From Lingula anatina (Eukaryota; Animalia; Brachiopoda), in the NCBI GenBank assembly GCA_051362555.1, contig CM120647.1:10578651-10642650 (forward strand): DNA of 64,000 bases, written 5' to 3'. Position numbers and translations under genes: made by a program. Below, in pieces: positions 1 to 12,307 of the stretch. The first letter of the stretch is position 1, and the number at the start of each line of letters is the position of its first letter. The notes beneath the pieces are model-generated. The model was not told the DNA's origin, searched no databases, and was given only the letters and a program-made list of their open reading frames with translations.

Positions 1-3000
1 GGTGTGTTTGGTCATTTGTAGTGAGGGTAAAGTGCTGGAAGAGTGATTGTGTCATTATTTAGGAAGAAATAGAGCAAAAACTCTCTCCACCCCCCCTCTC
101 TCCAAATCCTGTTCTCAGGTGTGCTTTCTGGCAATCTTTAAAGCTGAAATTGGGGGCTTTAATGAAGTGACCCGGGCGCGTTTCCACATTTTTTATGAAT
201 GTCAGGTGTGGTAAATTAATTTTCATCACTTTTTGGAAAAATTGGTGACGGGTCATTTTTGGGTGATTTTGAGAGATTTTCGTAAGGTCCGGATATGGCA
301 GTTTTCTTCAATTTTGGCCAGGTGGGGATGAAAAATTTTTTTCTTCAATATTGTGTCAAGTAGGTGTGTTTGGTCATTTGTAGTGAGGGTAAAGTGCTGG
401 AAGAGTGATTGTGTCATTATTTAGGAAGAAATAGAGCAAAAACTCTCTCCACCCCCCCTCTCTCCAAATCCTGTTCTCAGGTGTGCTTTCTGGCAATCTT
501 TAAAGCTGAAATTGGGGGCTTTAATGAAGTGACCCGGGCACGTTTCCACATTTTTTATGAATGTCAGGTGTGGTAAATTAATTTTCATCACTTTTTGGAA
601 AAATTGGTGACGGGTCATTTTTGGGTGATTTTGAGAGATTTTCGTAAGGTCCGGATATGGCAGTTTTCTTCAATTTTGGCCAGGTAGGGATGAAAAATTT
701 TTTTCTTCAATATTGTGTCAGGTAGGTGTGTTTGGTCATTTGTAGTGAGGGTAAAGTGCTGGAAGAGTGATTGTGTCATTATTTAGGAAGAAATAGAGCA
801 AAAACTCTCTCCACCCCCCCCTCTCTCCAAATCCTGTTCTCAGGTGTGCTTTCTGGCAATCTTTAAAGCTGAAATTGGGGGCTTTAATGAAGTGACCCGG
901 GCGCGTTTCCACATTTTTTATGAATGTCAGGTGTGGTAACTTAATTTTCATCACTTTTTGGAAAAATTGGTGACGGGTCATTTTTGGGTGATTTTGAGAG
1001 ATTTTCGTAAGGTCCGGATATGGCAGTTTTCTTCAGTTTTGGCCAGGTAGGGATGAAAAATTTTTTTCTTCAATATTGTGTCAGGTAGGTGTGTTTGGTC
1101 ATTTGTAGTGAGGGTAAAGTGCTGGAAGAGTGATTGTGTCATTATTTAGGAAGAAATAGAGCAAAAACTCTCTCCACCCCCCCTCTCTCCAAATCCTGTT
1201 CTCAGGTGTGCTTTCTGGCAATCTTTAAAGCTGAAATTGGGGGCTTTAATGAAGTGACCCGGGCGCGTTTCCACATTTTTTATGAATGTCAGGTGTGGTA
1301 ACTTAATTTTCATCACTTTTTGGAAAAATTGGTGACGGGTCATTTTTGGGTGATTTTGAGAGATTTTCGTAAGGTCCGGATATGGCAGTTTTCTTCAATT
1401 TTGGCCAGGTAGGGATGAAAAATTTTTTTCTTCAATATTGTGTCAGGTAGGTGTGTTTGGTCATTTGTAGTGAGGGTAAAGTGCTGGAAGAGTGATTGTG
1501 TCATTATTTAGGAAGAAATAGAGCAAAAACTCTCTCCACCCCCCCTCTCTCCAAATCCTGTTCTCAGGTGTGCTTTCTGGCAATCTTTAAAGCTGAAATT
1601 GGTGGCTTTAATGAAGTGACCCGGGCGCGTTTCCACATTTTTTATGAATGTCAGGTGTGGTAAATTAATTTTCATCACTTTTTGGAAAAATTGGTGACGG
1701 GTCATTTTTGGGTGATTTTGAGAGATTTTCGTAAGGTCCGGATATGGCAGTTTTCTTCAATTTTGGCCAGGTAGGGATGAAAAATTTTTTTCTTCAATAT
1801 TGTGTCAGGTAGGTGTGTTTGGTCATTTGTAGTGAGGGTAAAGTGCTGGAAGAGTGATTGTGTCATTATTTAGGAAGAAATAGAGCAAAAACTCTCTCCA
1901 CCCCCCCTCTCTCCAAATCCTGTTCTCAGGTGTGCTTTCTGGCAATCTTTAAAGCTGAAATTGGGGGCTTTAATGAAGTGACCCGGGCGCGTTTCCACAT
2001 TTTTTATGAATGTCAGGTGTGGTAACTTAATTTTCATCACTTTTTGGAAAAATTGGTGACGGGTCATTTTTGGGTGATTTTGAGAGATTTTCGTAAGGTC
2101 CGGATATGGCAGTTTTCTTCAATTTTGGCCAGGTAGGGATGAAAAATTTTTTTCTTCAATATTGTGTCAGGTAGGTGTGTTTGGTCATTTGTAGTGAGGG
2201 TAAAGTGCTGGAAGAGTGATTGTGTCATTATTTAGGAAGAAATAGAGCAAAAACTCTCTCCACCCCCCCTCTCTCCAAATCCTGTTCTCAGGTGTGCTTT
2301 CTGGCAATCTTTAAAGCTGAAATTGGGGGCTTTAATGAAGTGACCCGGGCGCGTTTCCACATTTTTTATGAATGTCAGGTGTGGTAAATTAATTTTCATC
2401 ACTTTTTGGAAAAATTGGTGACGGGTCATTTTTGGGTGATTTTGAGAGATTTTCGTAAGGTCCGGATATGGCAGTTTTCTTCAATTTTGGCCAGGTAGGG
2501 ATGAAAAATTTTTTTCTTCAATATTGTGTCAGGTAGGTGTGTTTGGTCATTTGTAGTGAGGGTAAAGTGCTGGAAGAGTGATTGTGTCATTATTTAGGAA
2601 GAAATAGAGCAAAAACTCTCTCCACCCCCCCTCTCTCCAAATCCTGTTCTCAGGTGTGCTTTCTGGCAATCTTTAAAGCTGAAATTGGGGGCTTTAATGA
2701 AGTGACCCGGGCGCGTTTCCACATTTTTTATGAATGTCAGGTGTGGTAAATTAATTTTCATCACTTTTTGGAAAAATTGGTGGCGGGTCATTTTTGGGTG
2801 ATTTTGAGAGATTTTCGTAAGGTCCGGATATGGCAGTTTTCTTCAATTTTGGCCAGGTAGGGATGAAAAATTTTTTTCTTCAATATTGTGTCAGGTAGGT
2901 GTGTTTGGTCATTTGTAGTGAGGGTAAAGTGCTGGAAGAGTGATTGTGTCATTATTTAGGAAGAAATAGAGCAAAAACTCTCTCCACCCCCCCTCTCTCC

Positions 3001-6000
3001 AAATCCTGTTCTCAGGTGTGCTTTCTGGCAATCTTTAAAGCTGAAATTGGGGGCTTTAATGAAGTGACCCGGGCGCGTTTCCACATTTTTTATGAATGTC
3101 AGGTGTGGTAACTTAATTTTCATCACTTTTTGGAAAAATTGGTGACGGGTCATTTTTGGGTGATTTTGAGAGATTTTCGTAAGGTCCGGATATGGCAGTT
3201 TTCTTCAGTTTTGGCCAGGTAGGGATGAAAAATTTTTTCTTCAATATTGTGTCAGGTAGGTGTGTTTGGTCATTTGTAGTGAGGGTAAAGTGCTGGAAGA
3301 GTGATTGTGTCATTATTTAGGAAGAAATAGAGCAAAAACTCTCTCCACCCCCCCTCTCTCCAAATCCTGTTCTCAGGTGTGCTTTCTGGCAATCTTTAAA
3401 GCTGAAATTGGGGGCTTTAATGAAGTGACCCGGGCGCGTTTCCACATTTTTTATGAATGTCAGGTGTGGTAAATTAATTTTCATCACTTTTTGGAAAAAT
3501 TGGTGACGGGTCATTTTTGGGTGATTTTGAGAGATTTTCGTAAGGTCCGGATATGGCAGTTTTCTTCAATTTTGGCCAGGTAGGGATGAAAAATTTTTTT
3601 CTTCAATATTGTGTCAGGTAGGTGTGTTTGGTCATTTGTAGTGAGGGTAAAGTGCTGGAAGAGTGATTGTGTCATTATTTAGGAAGAAATAGAGCAAAAA
3701 CTCTCTCCACCCCCCCTCTCTCCAAATCCTGTTCTCAGGTGTGCTTTCTGGCAATCTTTAAAGCTGAAATTGGGGGCTTTAATGAAGTGACCCGGGCGCG
3801 TTTCCACATTTTTTATGAATGTCAGGTGTGGTAAATTAATTTTCATCACTTTTTGGAAAAATTGGTGACGGGTCATTTTTGGGTGATTTTGAGAGATTTT
3901 CGTAAGGTCCGGATATGGCAGTTTTCTTCAATTTTGGCCAGGTAGGGATGAAAAATTTTTTTCTTCAATATTGTGTCAGGTAGGTGTGTTTGGTCATTTG
4001 TAGTGAGGGTAAAGTGCTGGAAGAGTGATTGTGTCATTATTTAGGAAGAAATAGAGCAAAAACTCTCTCCACCCCCCCTCTCTCCAAATCCTGTTCTCAG
4101 GTGTGCTTTCTGGCAATCTTTAAAGCTGAAATTGGGGGCTTTAATGAAGTGACCCGGGCGCGTTTCCACATTTTTTATGAATGTCAGGTGTGGTAACTTA
4201 ATTTTCATCACTTTTTGGAAAAATTGGTGACGGGTCATTTTTGGGTGATTTTGAGAGATTTTCGTAAGGTCCGGATATGGCAGTTTTCTTCAGTTTTGGC
4301 CAGGTAGGGATGAAAAATTTTTTTCTTCAATATTGTGTCAGGTAGGTGTGTTTGGTCATTTGTAGTGAGGGTAAAGTGCTGGAAGAGTGATTGTGTCATT
4401 ATTTAGGAAGAAATAGAGCAAAAACTCTCTCCACCCCCCCTCTCTCCAAATCCTGTTCTCAGGTGTGCTTTCTGGCAATCTTTAAAGCTGAAATTGGGGG
4501 CTTTAATGAAGTGACCCGGGCGCGTTTCCACATTTTTTATGAATGTCAGGTGTGGTAAATTAATTTTCATCACTTTTTGGAAAAATTGGTGACGGGTCAT
4601 TTTTGGGTGATTTTGAGAGATTTTCGTAAGGTCCGGATATGGCAGTTTTCTTCAATTTTGGCCAGGTAGGGATGAAAAATTTTTTTCTTCAATATTGTGT
4701 CAGGTAGGTGTGTTTGGTCATTTGTAGTGAGGGTAAAGTGCTGGAAGAGTGATTGTGTCATTATTTAGGAAGAAATAGAGCAAAAACTCTCTCCACCCCC
4801 CCTCTCTCCAAATCCTGTTCTCAGGTGTGCTTTCTGGCAATCTTTAAAGCTGAAATTGGGGGCTTTAATGAAGTGACCCGGGCGCGTTTCCACATTTTTT
4901 ATGAATGTCAGGTGTGGTAAATTAATTTTCATCACTTTTTGGAAAAATTGGTGACGGGTCATTTTTGGGTGATTTTGAGAGATTTTCGTAAGGTCCGGAT
5001 ATGGCAGTTTTCTTCAATTTTGGCCAGGTAGGGATGAAAAATTTTTTTCTTCAATATTGTGTCAGGTAGGTGTGTTTGGTCATTTGTAGTGAGGGTAAAG
5101 TGCTGGAAGAGTGATTGTGTCATTATTTAGGAAGAAATAGAGCAAAAACTCTCTCCACCCCCCCTCTCTCCAAATCCTGTTCTCAGGTGTGCTTTCTGGC
5201 AATCTTTAAAGCTGAAATTGGGGGCTTTAATGAAGTGACCCGGGCGCGTTTCCACATTTTTTATGAATGTCAGGTGTGGTAAATTAATTTTCATCACTTT
5301 TTGGAAAAATTGGTGACGGGTCATTTTTGGGTGATTTTGAGAGATTTTCGTAAGGTCCGGATATGGCAGTTTTCTTCAATTTTGGCCAGGTAGGGATGAA
5401 AAATTTTTTTCTTCAATATTGTGTCAGGTAGGTGTGTTTGGTCATTTGTAGTGAGGGTAAAGTGCTGGAAGAGTGATTGTGTCATTATTTAGGAAGAAAT
5501 AGAGCAAAAACTCTCTCCACCCCCCCTCTCTCCAAATCCTGTTCTCAGGTGTGCTTTCTGGCAATCTTTAAAGCTGAAATTGGGGGCTTTAATGAAGTGA
5601 CCCGGGCGCGTTTCCACATTTTTTATGAATGTCAGGTGTGGTAAATTAATTTTCATCACTTTTTGGAAAAATTGGTGACGGGTCATTTTTGGGTGATTTT
5701 GAGAGATTTTCGTAAGGTCCGGATATGGCAGTTTTCTTCAATTTTGGCCAGGTAGGGATGAAAAATTTTTTTCTTCAATATTGTGTCAGGTAGGTGTGTT
5801 TGGTCATTTGTAGTGAGGGTAAAGTGCTGGAAGAGTGATTGTGTCATTATTTAGGAAGAAATAGAGCAAAAACTCTCTCCACCCCCCCTCTCTCCAAATC
5901 CTGTTCTCAGGTGTGCTTTCTGGCAATCTTTAAAGCTGAAATTGGGGGCTTTAATGAAGTGACCCGGGCGCGTTTCCACATTTTTTATGAATGTCAGGTG

Positions 6001-9000
6001 TGGTAAATTAATTTTCATCACTTTTTGGAAAAATTGGTGACGGGTCATTTTTGGGTGATTTTGAGAGATTTTCGTAAGGTCCGGATATGGCAGTTTTCTT
6101 CAATTTTGGCCAGGTAGGGATGAAAAATTTTTTTCTTCAATATTGTGTCAGGTAGGTGTGTTTGGTCATTTGTAGTGAGGGTAAAGTGCTGGAAGAGTGA
6201 TTGTGTCATTATTTAGGAAGAAATAGAGCAAAAACTCTCTCCACCCCCCCTCTCTCCAAATCCTGTTCTCAGGTGTGCTTTCTGGCAATCTTTAAAGCTG
6301 AAATTGGGGGCTTTAATGAAGTGACCCGGGCGCGTTTCCACATTTTTTATGAATGTCAGGTGTGGTAAATTAATTTTCATCACTTTTTGGAAAAATTGGT
6401 GACGGGTCATTTTTGGGTGATTTTGAGAGATTTTCGTAAGGTCCGGATATGGCAGTTTTCTTCAATTTTGGCCAGGTAGGGATGAAAAATTTTTTTCTTC
6501 AATATTGTGTCAGGTAGGTGTGTTTGGTCATTTGTAGTGAGGGTAAAGTGCTGGAAGAGTGATTGTGTCATTATTTAGGAAGAAATAGAGCAAAAACTCT
6601 CTCCACCCCCCCTCTCTCCAAATCCTGTTCTCAGGTGTGCTTTCTGGCAATCTTTAAAGCTGAAATTGGGGGCTTTAATGAAGTGACCCGGGGGCGTTTC
6701 CACATTTTTTATGAATGTCAGGTGTGGTAAATTAATTTTCATCACTTTTTGGAAAAATTGGTGCCGGGTCATTTTTGGGTGATTTTGAGAGATTTTCGTA
6801 AGGTCCGGATATGGCAGTTTTCTTCAATTTTGGCCAGGTAGGGATGAAAAATTTTTTTCTTCAATATTGTGTCAGGTAGGTGTGTTTGGTCATTTGTAGT
6901 GAGGGTAAAGTGCTGGAAGAGTGATTGTGTCATTATTTAGGAAGAAATAGAGCAAAAACTCTCTCCACCCCCCCTCTCTCCAAATCCTGTTCTCAGGTGT
7001 GCTTTCTGGCAATCTTTAAAGCTGAAATTGGGGGCTTTAATGAAGTGACCCGGGCGCGTTTCCACATTTTTTATGAATGTCAGGTGTGGTAAATTAATTT
7101 TCATCACTTTTTGGAAAAATTGGTGACGGGTCATTTTTGGGTGATTTTGAGAGATTTTCGTAAGGTCCGGATATGGCAGTTTTCTTCAATTTTGGCCAGG
7201 TAGGGATGAAAAATTTTTTTCTTCAATATTGTGTCAGGTAGGTGTGTTTGGTCATTTGTAGTGAGGGTAAAGTGCTGGAAGAGTGATTGTGTCATTATTT
7301 AGGAAGAAATAGAGCAAAAACTCTCTCCACCCCCCCTCTCTCCAAATCCTGTTCTCAGGTGTGCTTTCTGGCAATCTTTAAAGCTGAAATTGGGGGCTTT
7401 AATGAAGTGACCCGGGCGCGTTTCCACATTTTTTATGAATGTCAGGTGTGGTAAATTAATTTTCATCACTTTTTGGAAAAATTGGTGACGGGTCATTTTT
7501 GGGTGATTTTGAGAGATTTTCGTAAGGTCCGAGTATGGCAGTTTTCTTCAATTTTGGCCAGGTAGGGATGAAAAATTTTTTCTTCAATATTGTGTCAGGT
7601 AGGTGTGTTTGGTCATTTGTAGTGAGGGTAAAGTGCTGGAAGAGTGATTGTGTCATTATTTAGGAAGAAATAGAGCAAAAACTCTCTCCACCCCCCCTCT
7701 CTCCAAATCCTGTTCTCAGGTGTGCTTTCTGGCAATCTTTAAAGCTGAAATTGGGGGCTTTAATGAAGTGACCCGGGCGCGTTTCCACATTTTTTATGAA
7801 TGTCAGGTGTGGTAAATTAATTTTCATCACTTTTTGGAAAAATTGGTGACGGGTCATTTTTGGGTGATTTTGAGAGATTTTCGTAAGGTCCGGATATGGC
7901 AGTTTTCTTCAATTTTGGCCAGGTAGGGATGAAAAATTTTTTTCTTCAATATTGTGTCAGGTAGGTGTGTTTGGTCATTTGTAGTGAGGGTAAAGTGCTG
8001 GAAGAGTGATTGTGTCATTATTTAGCAAGAAATAGAGCAAAAACTCTCTCCACCCCCCCTCTCTCCAAATCCTGTTCTCAGGTGTGCTTTCTGGCAATCT
8101 TTAAAGCTGAAATTGGGGGCTTTAATGAAGTGACCCGGGCGCGTTTCCACATTTTTTATGAATGTCAGGTGTGGTAAATTAATTTTCATCACTTTTTGGA
8201 AAAATTGGTGACGGGTCATTTTTGGGTGATTTTGAGAGATTTTCGTAAGGTCCGGATATGGCAGTTTTCTTCAATTTTGGCCAGGAAGGGATGAAAAATT
8301 TTTTTCTTCAATATTGTGTCAGGTAGGTGTGTTTGGTCATTTGTAGTGAGGGTAAAGTGCTGGAAGAGTGATTGTGTCATTATTTAGGAAGAAATAGAGC
8401 AAAAACTCTCTCCACCCCCCCTCTCTCCAAATCCTGTTCTCAGGTGTGCTTTCTGGCAATCTTTAAAGCTGAAATTGGGGGCTTTAATGAAGTGACCCGG
8501 GCGCGTTTCCACATTTTTTATGAATGTCAGGTGTGGTAAATTAATTTTCATCACTTTTTGGAAAAATTGGTGACGGGTCATTTTTGGGTGATTTTGAGAG
8601 ATTTTCGTAAGGTCCGGATATGGCAGTTTTCTTCAATTTTGGCCAGGTAGGGATGAAAAATTTTTTTCTTCAATATTGTGTCAGGTAGGTGTGTTTGGTC
8701 ATTTGTAGTGAGGGTAAAGTGCTGGAAGAGTGATTGTGTCATTATTTAGGAAGAAATAGAGCAAAAACTCTCTCCACCCCCCTCTCTCCAAATCCTGTTC
8801 TCAGGTGTGCTTTCTGGCAACCTTTAAAGCTGAAAAATGGGGGCTTTAATGAAGTGACCCGGGCGCGTTTCCACATTTTTTATGAATGTCAGGTGTGGTA
8901 AATTAATTTTCATCACTTTTTGGAAAAATTGGTGACGGGTCATTTTTGGGTGATTTTGAGAGATTTTCGTAAGGTCCGGATATGGCAGTTTTCTTCAATT

Positions 9001-12000
9001 TTGGCCAGGTAGGGATGAAAAATTTTTTTCTTCAATATTGTGTCAGGTAGGTGTGTTTGGTCATTTGTAGTGAGGGTAAAGTGCTGGAAGAGTGATTGTG
9101 TCATTATTTAGGAAGAAATAGAGCAAAAACTCTCTCCACCCCCCTCTCTCCAAATCCTGTTCTCAGGTGTGCTTTCTGGCAATCTTTAAAGCTGAAATTG
9201 GGGGCTTTAATGAAGTGACCCGGGCGCGTTTCCACATTTTTTATGAATGTCAGGTGTGGTAAATTAATTTTCATCACTTTTTGGAAAAATTGGTGATGGG
9301 TCATTTTTGGGTGATTTTGAGAGATTTTCGTAAGGTCCGGATATGGCAGTTTTCTTCAATTTTGGCCAGGTAGGGATGAAAAATTTTTTTCTTCAATATT
9401 GTGTCAGGTAGGTGTGTTTGGTCATTTGTAGTGAGGGTAAAGTGCTGGAAGAGTGATTGTGTCATTATTTAGGAAGAAATAGAGCAAAAACTCTCTCCAC
9501 CCCCCCTCTCTCCAAATCCTGTTCTCAGGTGTGCTTTCTGGCAATCTTTAAAGCTGAAATTGGGGGCTTTAATGAAGTGACCCGGGCGCGTTTCCACATT
9601 TTTTATGAATGTCAGGTGTGGTAAATTAATTTTCATCACTTTTTGGAAAAATTGGTGACGGGTCATTTTTGGGTGATTTTGAGAGATTTTCGTAAGGTCT
9701 GGATATGGCAGTTTTCTTCAATTTTGGCCAGGTAGGGATGAAAAATTTTTTTCTTCAATATTGTGTCAGGTAGGTGTGTTTGGTCATTTGTAGTGAGGGT
9801 AAAGTGCTGGAAGAGTGATTGTGTCATTATTTAGGAAGAAATAGAGCAAAAACTCTCTCCACCCCCCCTCTCTCCAAATCCTGTTCTCAGGTGTGCTTTC
9901 TGGCAATCTTTAAAGCTGAAATTGGGGGCTTTAATGAAGTGACCCGGGCGCGTTTCCACATTTTTTATGAATGTCAGGTGTGGTAAATTAATTTTCATCA
10001 CTTTTTGGAAAAATTGGTGACGGGTCATTTTTGGGTGATTTTGAGAGATTTTCGTAAGGTCCGGATATGGCAGTTTTCTTCAATTTTGGCCAGGTAGGGA
10101 TGAAAAATTTTTTTCTTCAATATTGTGTCAGGTAGGTGTGTTTGGTCATTTGTAGTGAGGGTAAAGTGCTGGAAGAGTGATTGTGTCATTATTTAGGAAG
10201 AAATAGAGCAAAAACTCTCTCCACCCCCCCTCTCTCCAAATCCTGTTCTCAGGTGTGCTTTCTGGCAATCTTTAAAGCTGAAATTGGGGGCTTTAATGAA
10301 GTGACCCGGGCGCGTTTCCACATTTTTTATGAATGTCAGGTGTGGTAAATTAATTTTCATCACTTTTTGGAAAAATTGGTGACGGGTCATTTTTGGGTGA
10401 TTTTGAGAGATTTTCGTAAGGTCCGGATATGGCAGTTTTCTTCAGCTTTGGCCAGGTAGGGATGAAAAATTTTTTTCTTCAATATTGTGTCAGGTAGGTG
10501 TGTTTGGTCATTTGTAGTGAGGGTAAAGTGCTGGAAGAGTGATTGTGTCATTATTTAGGAAGAAAAAGAGCAAAAACTCTCTCCACCCCCCCCTCTCTCC
10601 AAATCCTGTTCTCAGGTGTGCTTTCTGGCAATCTTTAAAGCTGAAATTGGGGGCTTTAATGAAGTGACCCGGGCGCGTTTCCACATTTTTTATGAATGTC
10701 AGGTGTGGTAAATTAATTTTCATCACTTTTTGGAAAAATTGGTGACGAGTCATTTTTGGGTGATTTTGAGAGATTTTCGTAAGGTCCGGATATGGCAGTT
10801 TTCTTCAATTTTGGCCAGGTAGGGATGAAAAATTTTTTTTCTTCAATATTGTGTCAGGTAGGTGTGTTTGGTCATTTGTAGTGAGGGTAAAGTGCTGGAA
10901 GAGTGATTGTGTCATTATTTAGGAAGAAATAGAGCAAAAACTCTCTCCACCCCCCCTCTCTCCAAATCCTGTTCTCAGGTGTGCTTTCTGGCAATCTTTA
11001 AAGCTGAAATTGGGGGCTTTAATGAAGTGACCCGGGCGCGTTTCCACATTTTTTATGAATGTCAGGTGTGGTAAATTAATTTTCATCACTTTTTGGAAAA
11101 ATTGGTGACGGGTCATTTTTGGGTGATTTTGAGAGATTTTCGTAAGGTCCGGATATGGCAGTTTTCTTCAATTTTGGCCAGGTAGGGTTGAAAAATTTTT
11201 TTCTTCAATATTGTGTCAGGTAGGTGTGTTTGGTCATTTGTAGTGAGGGTAAAGTGCTGGAAGAGTGATTGTGTCATTATTTAGGAAGAAATAGAGCAAA
11301 AACTCTCTCCACCCCCCCTCTCTCCAAATCCTGTTCTCAGGTGTGCTTTCTGGCAATCTTTAAAGCTGAAATTGGGGGCTTTAATGAAGTGACCCGGGCG
11401 CGTTTCCACATTTTTTATGAATGTCAGGTGTGGTAAATTAATTTTCATCACTTTTTGGAAAAATTGGTGACGGGTCATTTTTGGGTGATTTTGAGAGATT
11501 TTCGTAAGGTCCGGATATGGCAGTTTTCTTCAATTTTGGCCAGGTAGGGATGAAAAATTTTTTTTCTTCAATATTGTGTCAGGTAGGTGTGTTTGGTCAT
11601 TTGTAGTGAGGGTAAAGTGCTGGAAGAGTGATTGTGTCATTATTTAGGAAGAAATAGAGCAAAAACTCTCCACCCCCCCTCTCTCCAAATCCTGTTCTCA
11701 GGTGTGCTTTCTGGCAATCTTTAAAGCTGAAATTGGGGGCTTTAATGAAGTGACCTGGGCGCGTTTCCACATTTTTTATGAATGTCAGGTGTGGTAAATT
11801 AATTTTCATCACTTTTTGGAAAAATTGGTGACGGGTCATTTTTGGGTGATTTTGAGAGATTTTCGTAAGGTCCGGATATGGCAGTTTTCTTCAATTTTGG
11901 CCAGGTAGGGATGAAAAATTTTTTTCTTCAATATTGTGTCAGGTAGGTGTGTTTGGTCATTTGTAGTGAGGGTAAAGTGCTGGAAGAGTGATTGTGTCAT

Positions 12001-12307
12001 TATTTAGGAAGAAATAGAGCAAAAACTCTCTCCACCCCCCCTCTCTCCAAATCCTGTTCTCAGGTGTGCTTTCTGGCAATCTTTAAAGCTGAAATTGGGG
12101 GCTTTAATGAAGTGACCCGGGCGTGTTTCCACATTTTTTATGAATGTCAGGTGTGGTAAATTAATTTTCATCACTTTTTGGAAAAATTGGTGACGGGTCA
12201 TTTTTGGGTGATTTTGAGAGATTTTCGTAAGGTCCGGATATGGCAGTTTTCTTCAGCTTTGGCCAGGTAGGGATGAAAAATTTTTTTCTTCAATATTGTG
12301 TCAGGTA

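Noticed and set aside
90-96. Variable C run as a programmed phase-variation or frameshift switch
   Set aside because: There is no credible gene to switch; ordinary slippage and sequencing error explain the variation.
168-255. Inverted pair tgacccg / cgggtca as MITE-like TIRs inside the monomer
   Set aside because: The match is only 7-8 bp with no target duplication, which is compatible with chance.
1-362. Tandem RNA gene cluster (5S rRNA, tRNA, snRNA, spliced leader)
   Set aside because: I could not recognise 5S, tRNA, U snRNA or Pol III A/B-box sequence on either strand. An Rfam/Infernal search would be decisive and was not run.
1-362. Identity with Drosophila 359-bp (1.688) or Tribolium ~360-bp satellites
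   Set aside because: The length is similar, but the sequence does not match what I recall of those families, GC (~40%) is higher, and the CpG transition bias argues against Drosophila. A database search is needed for any family name.
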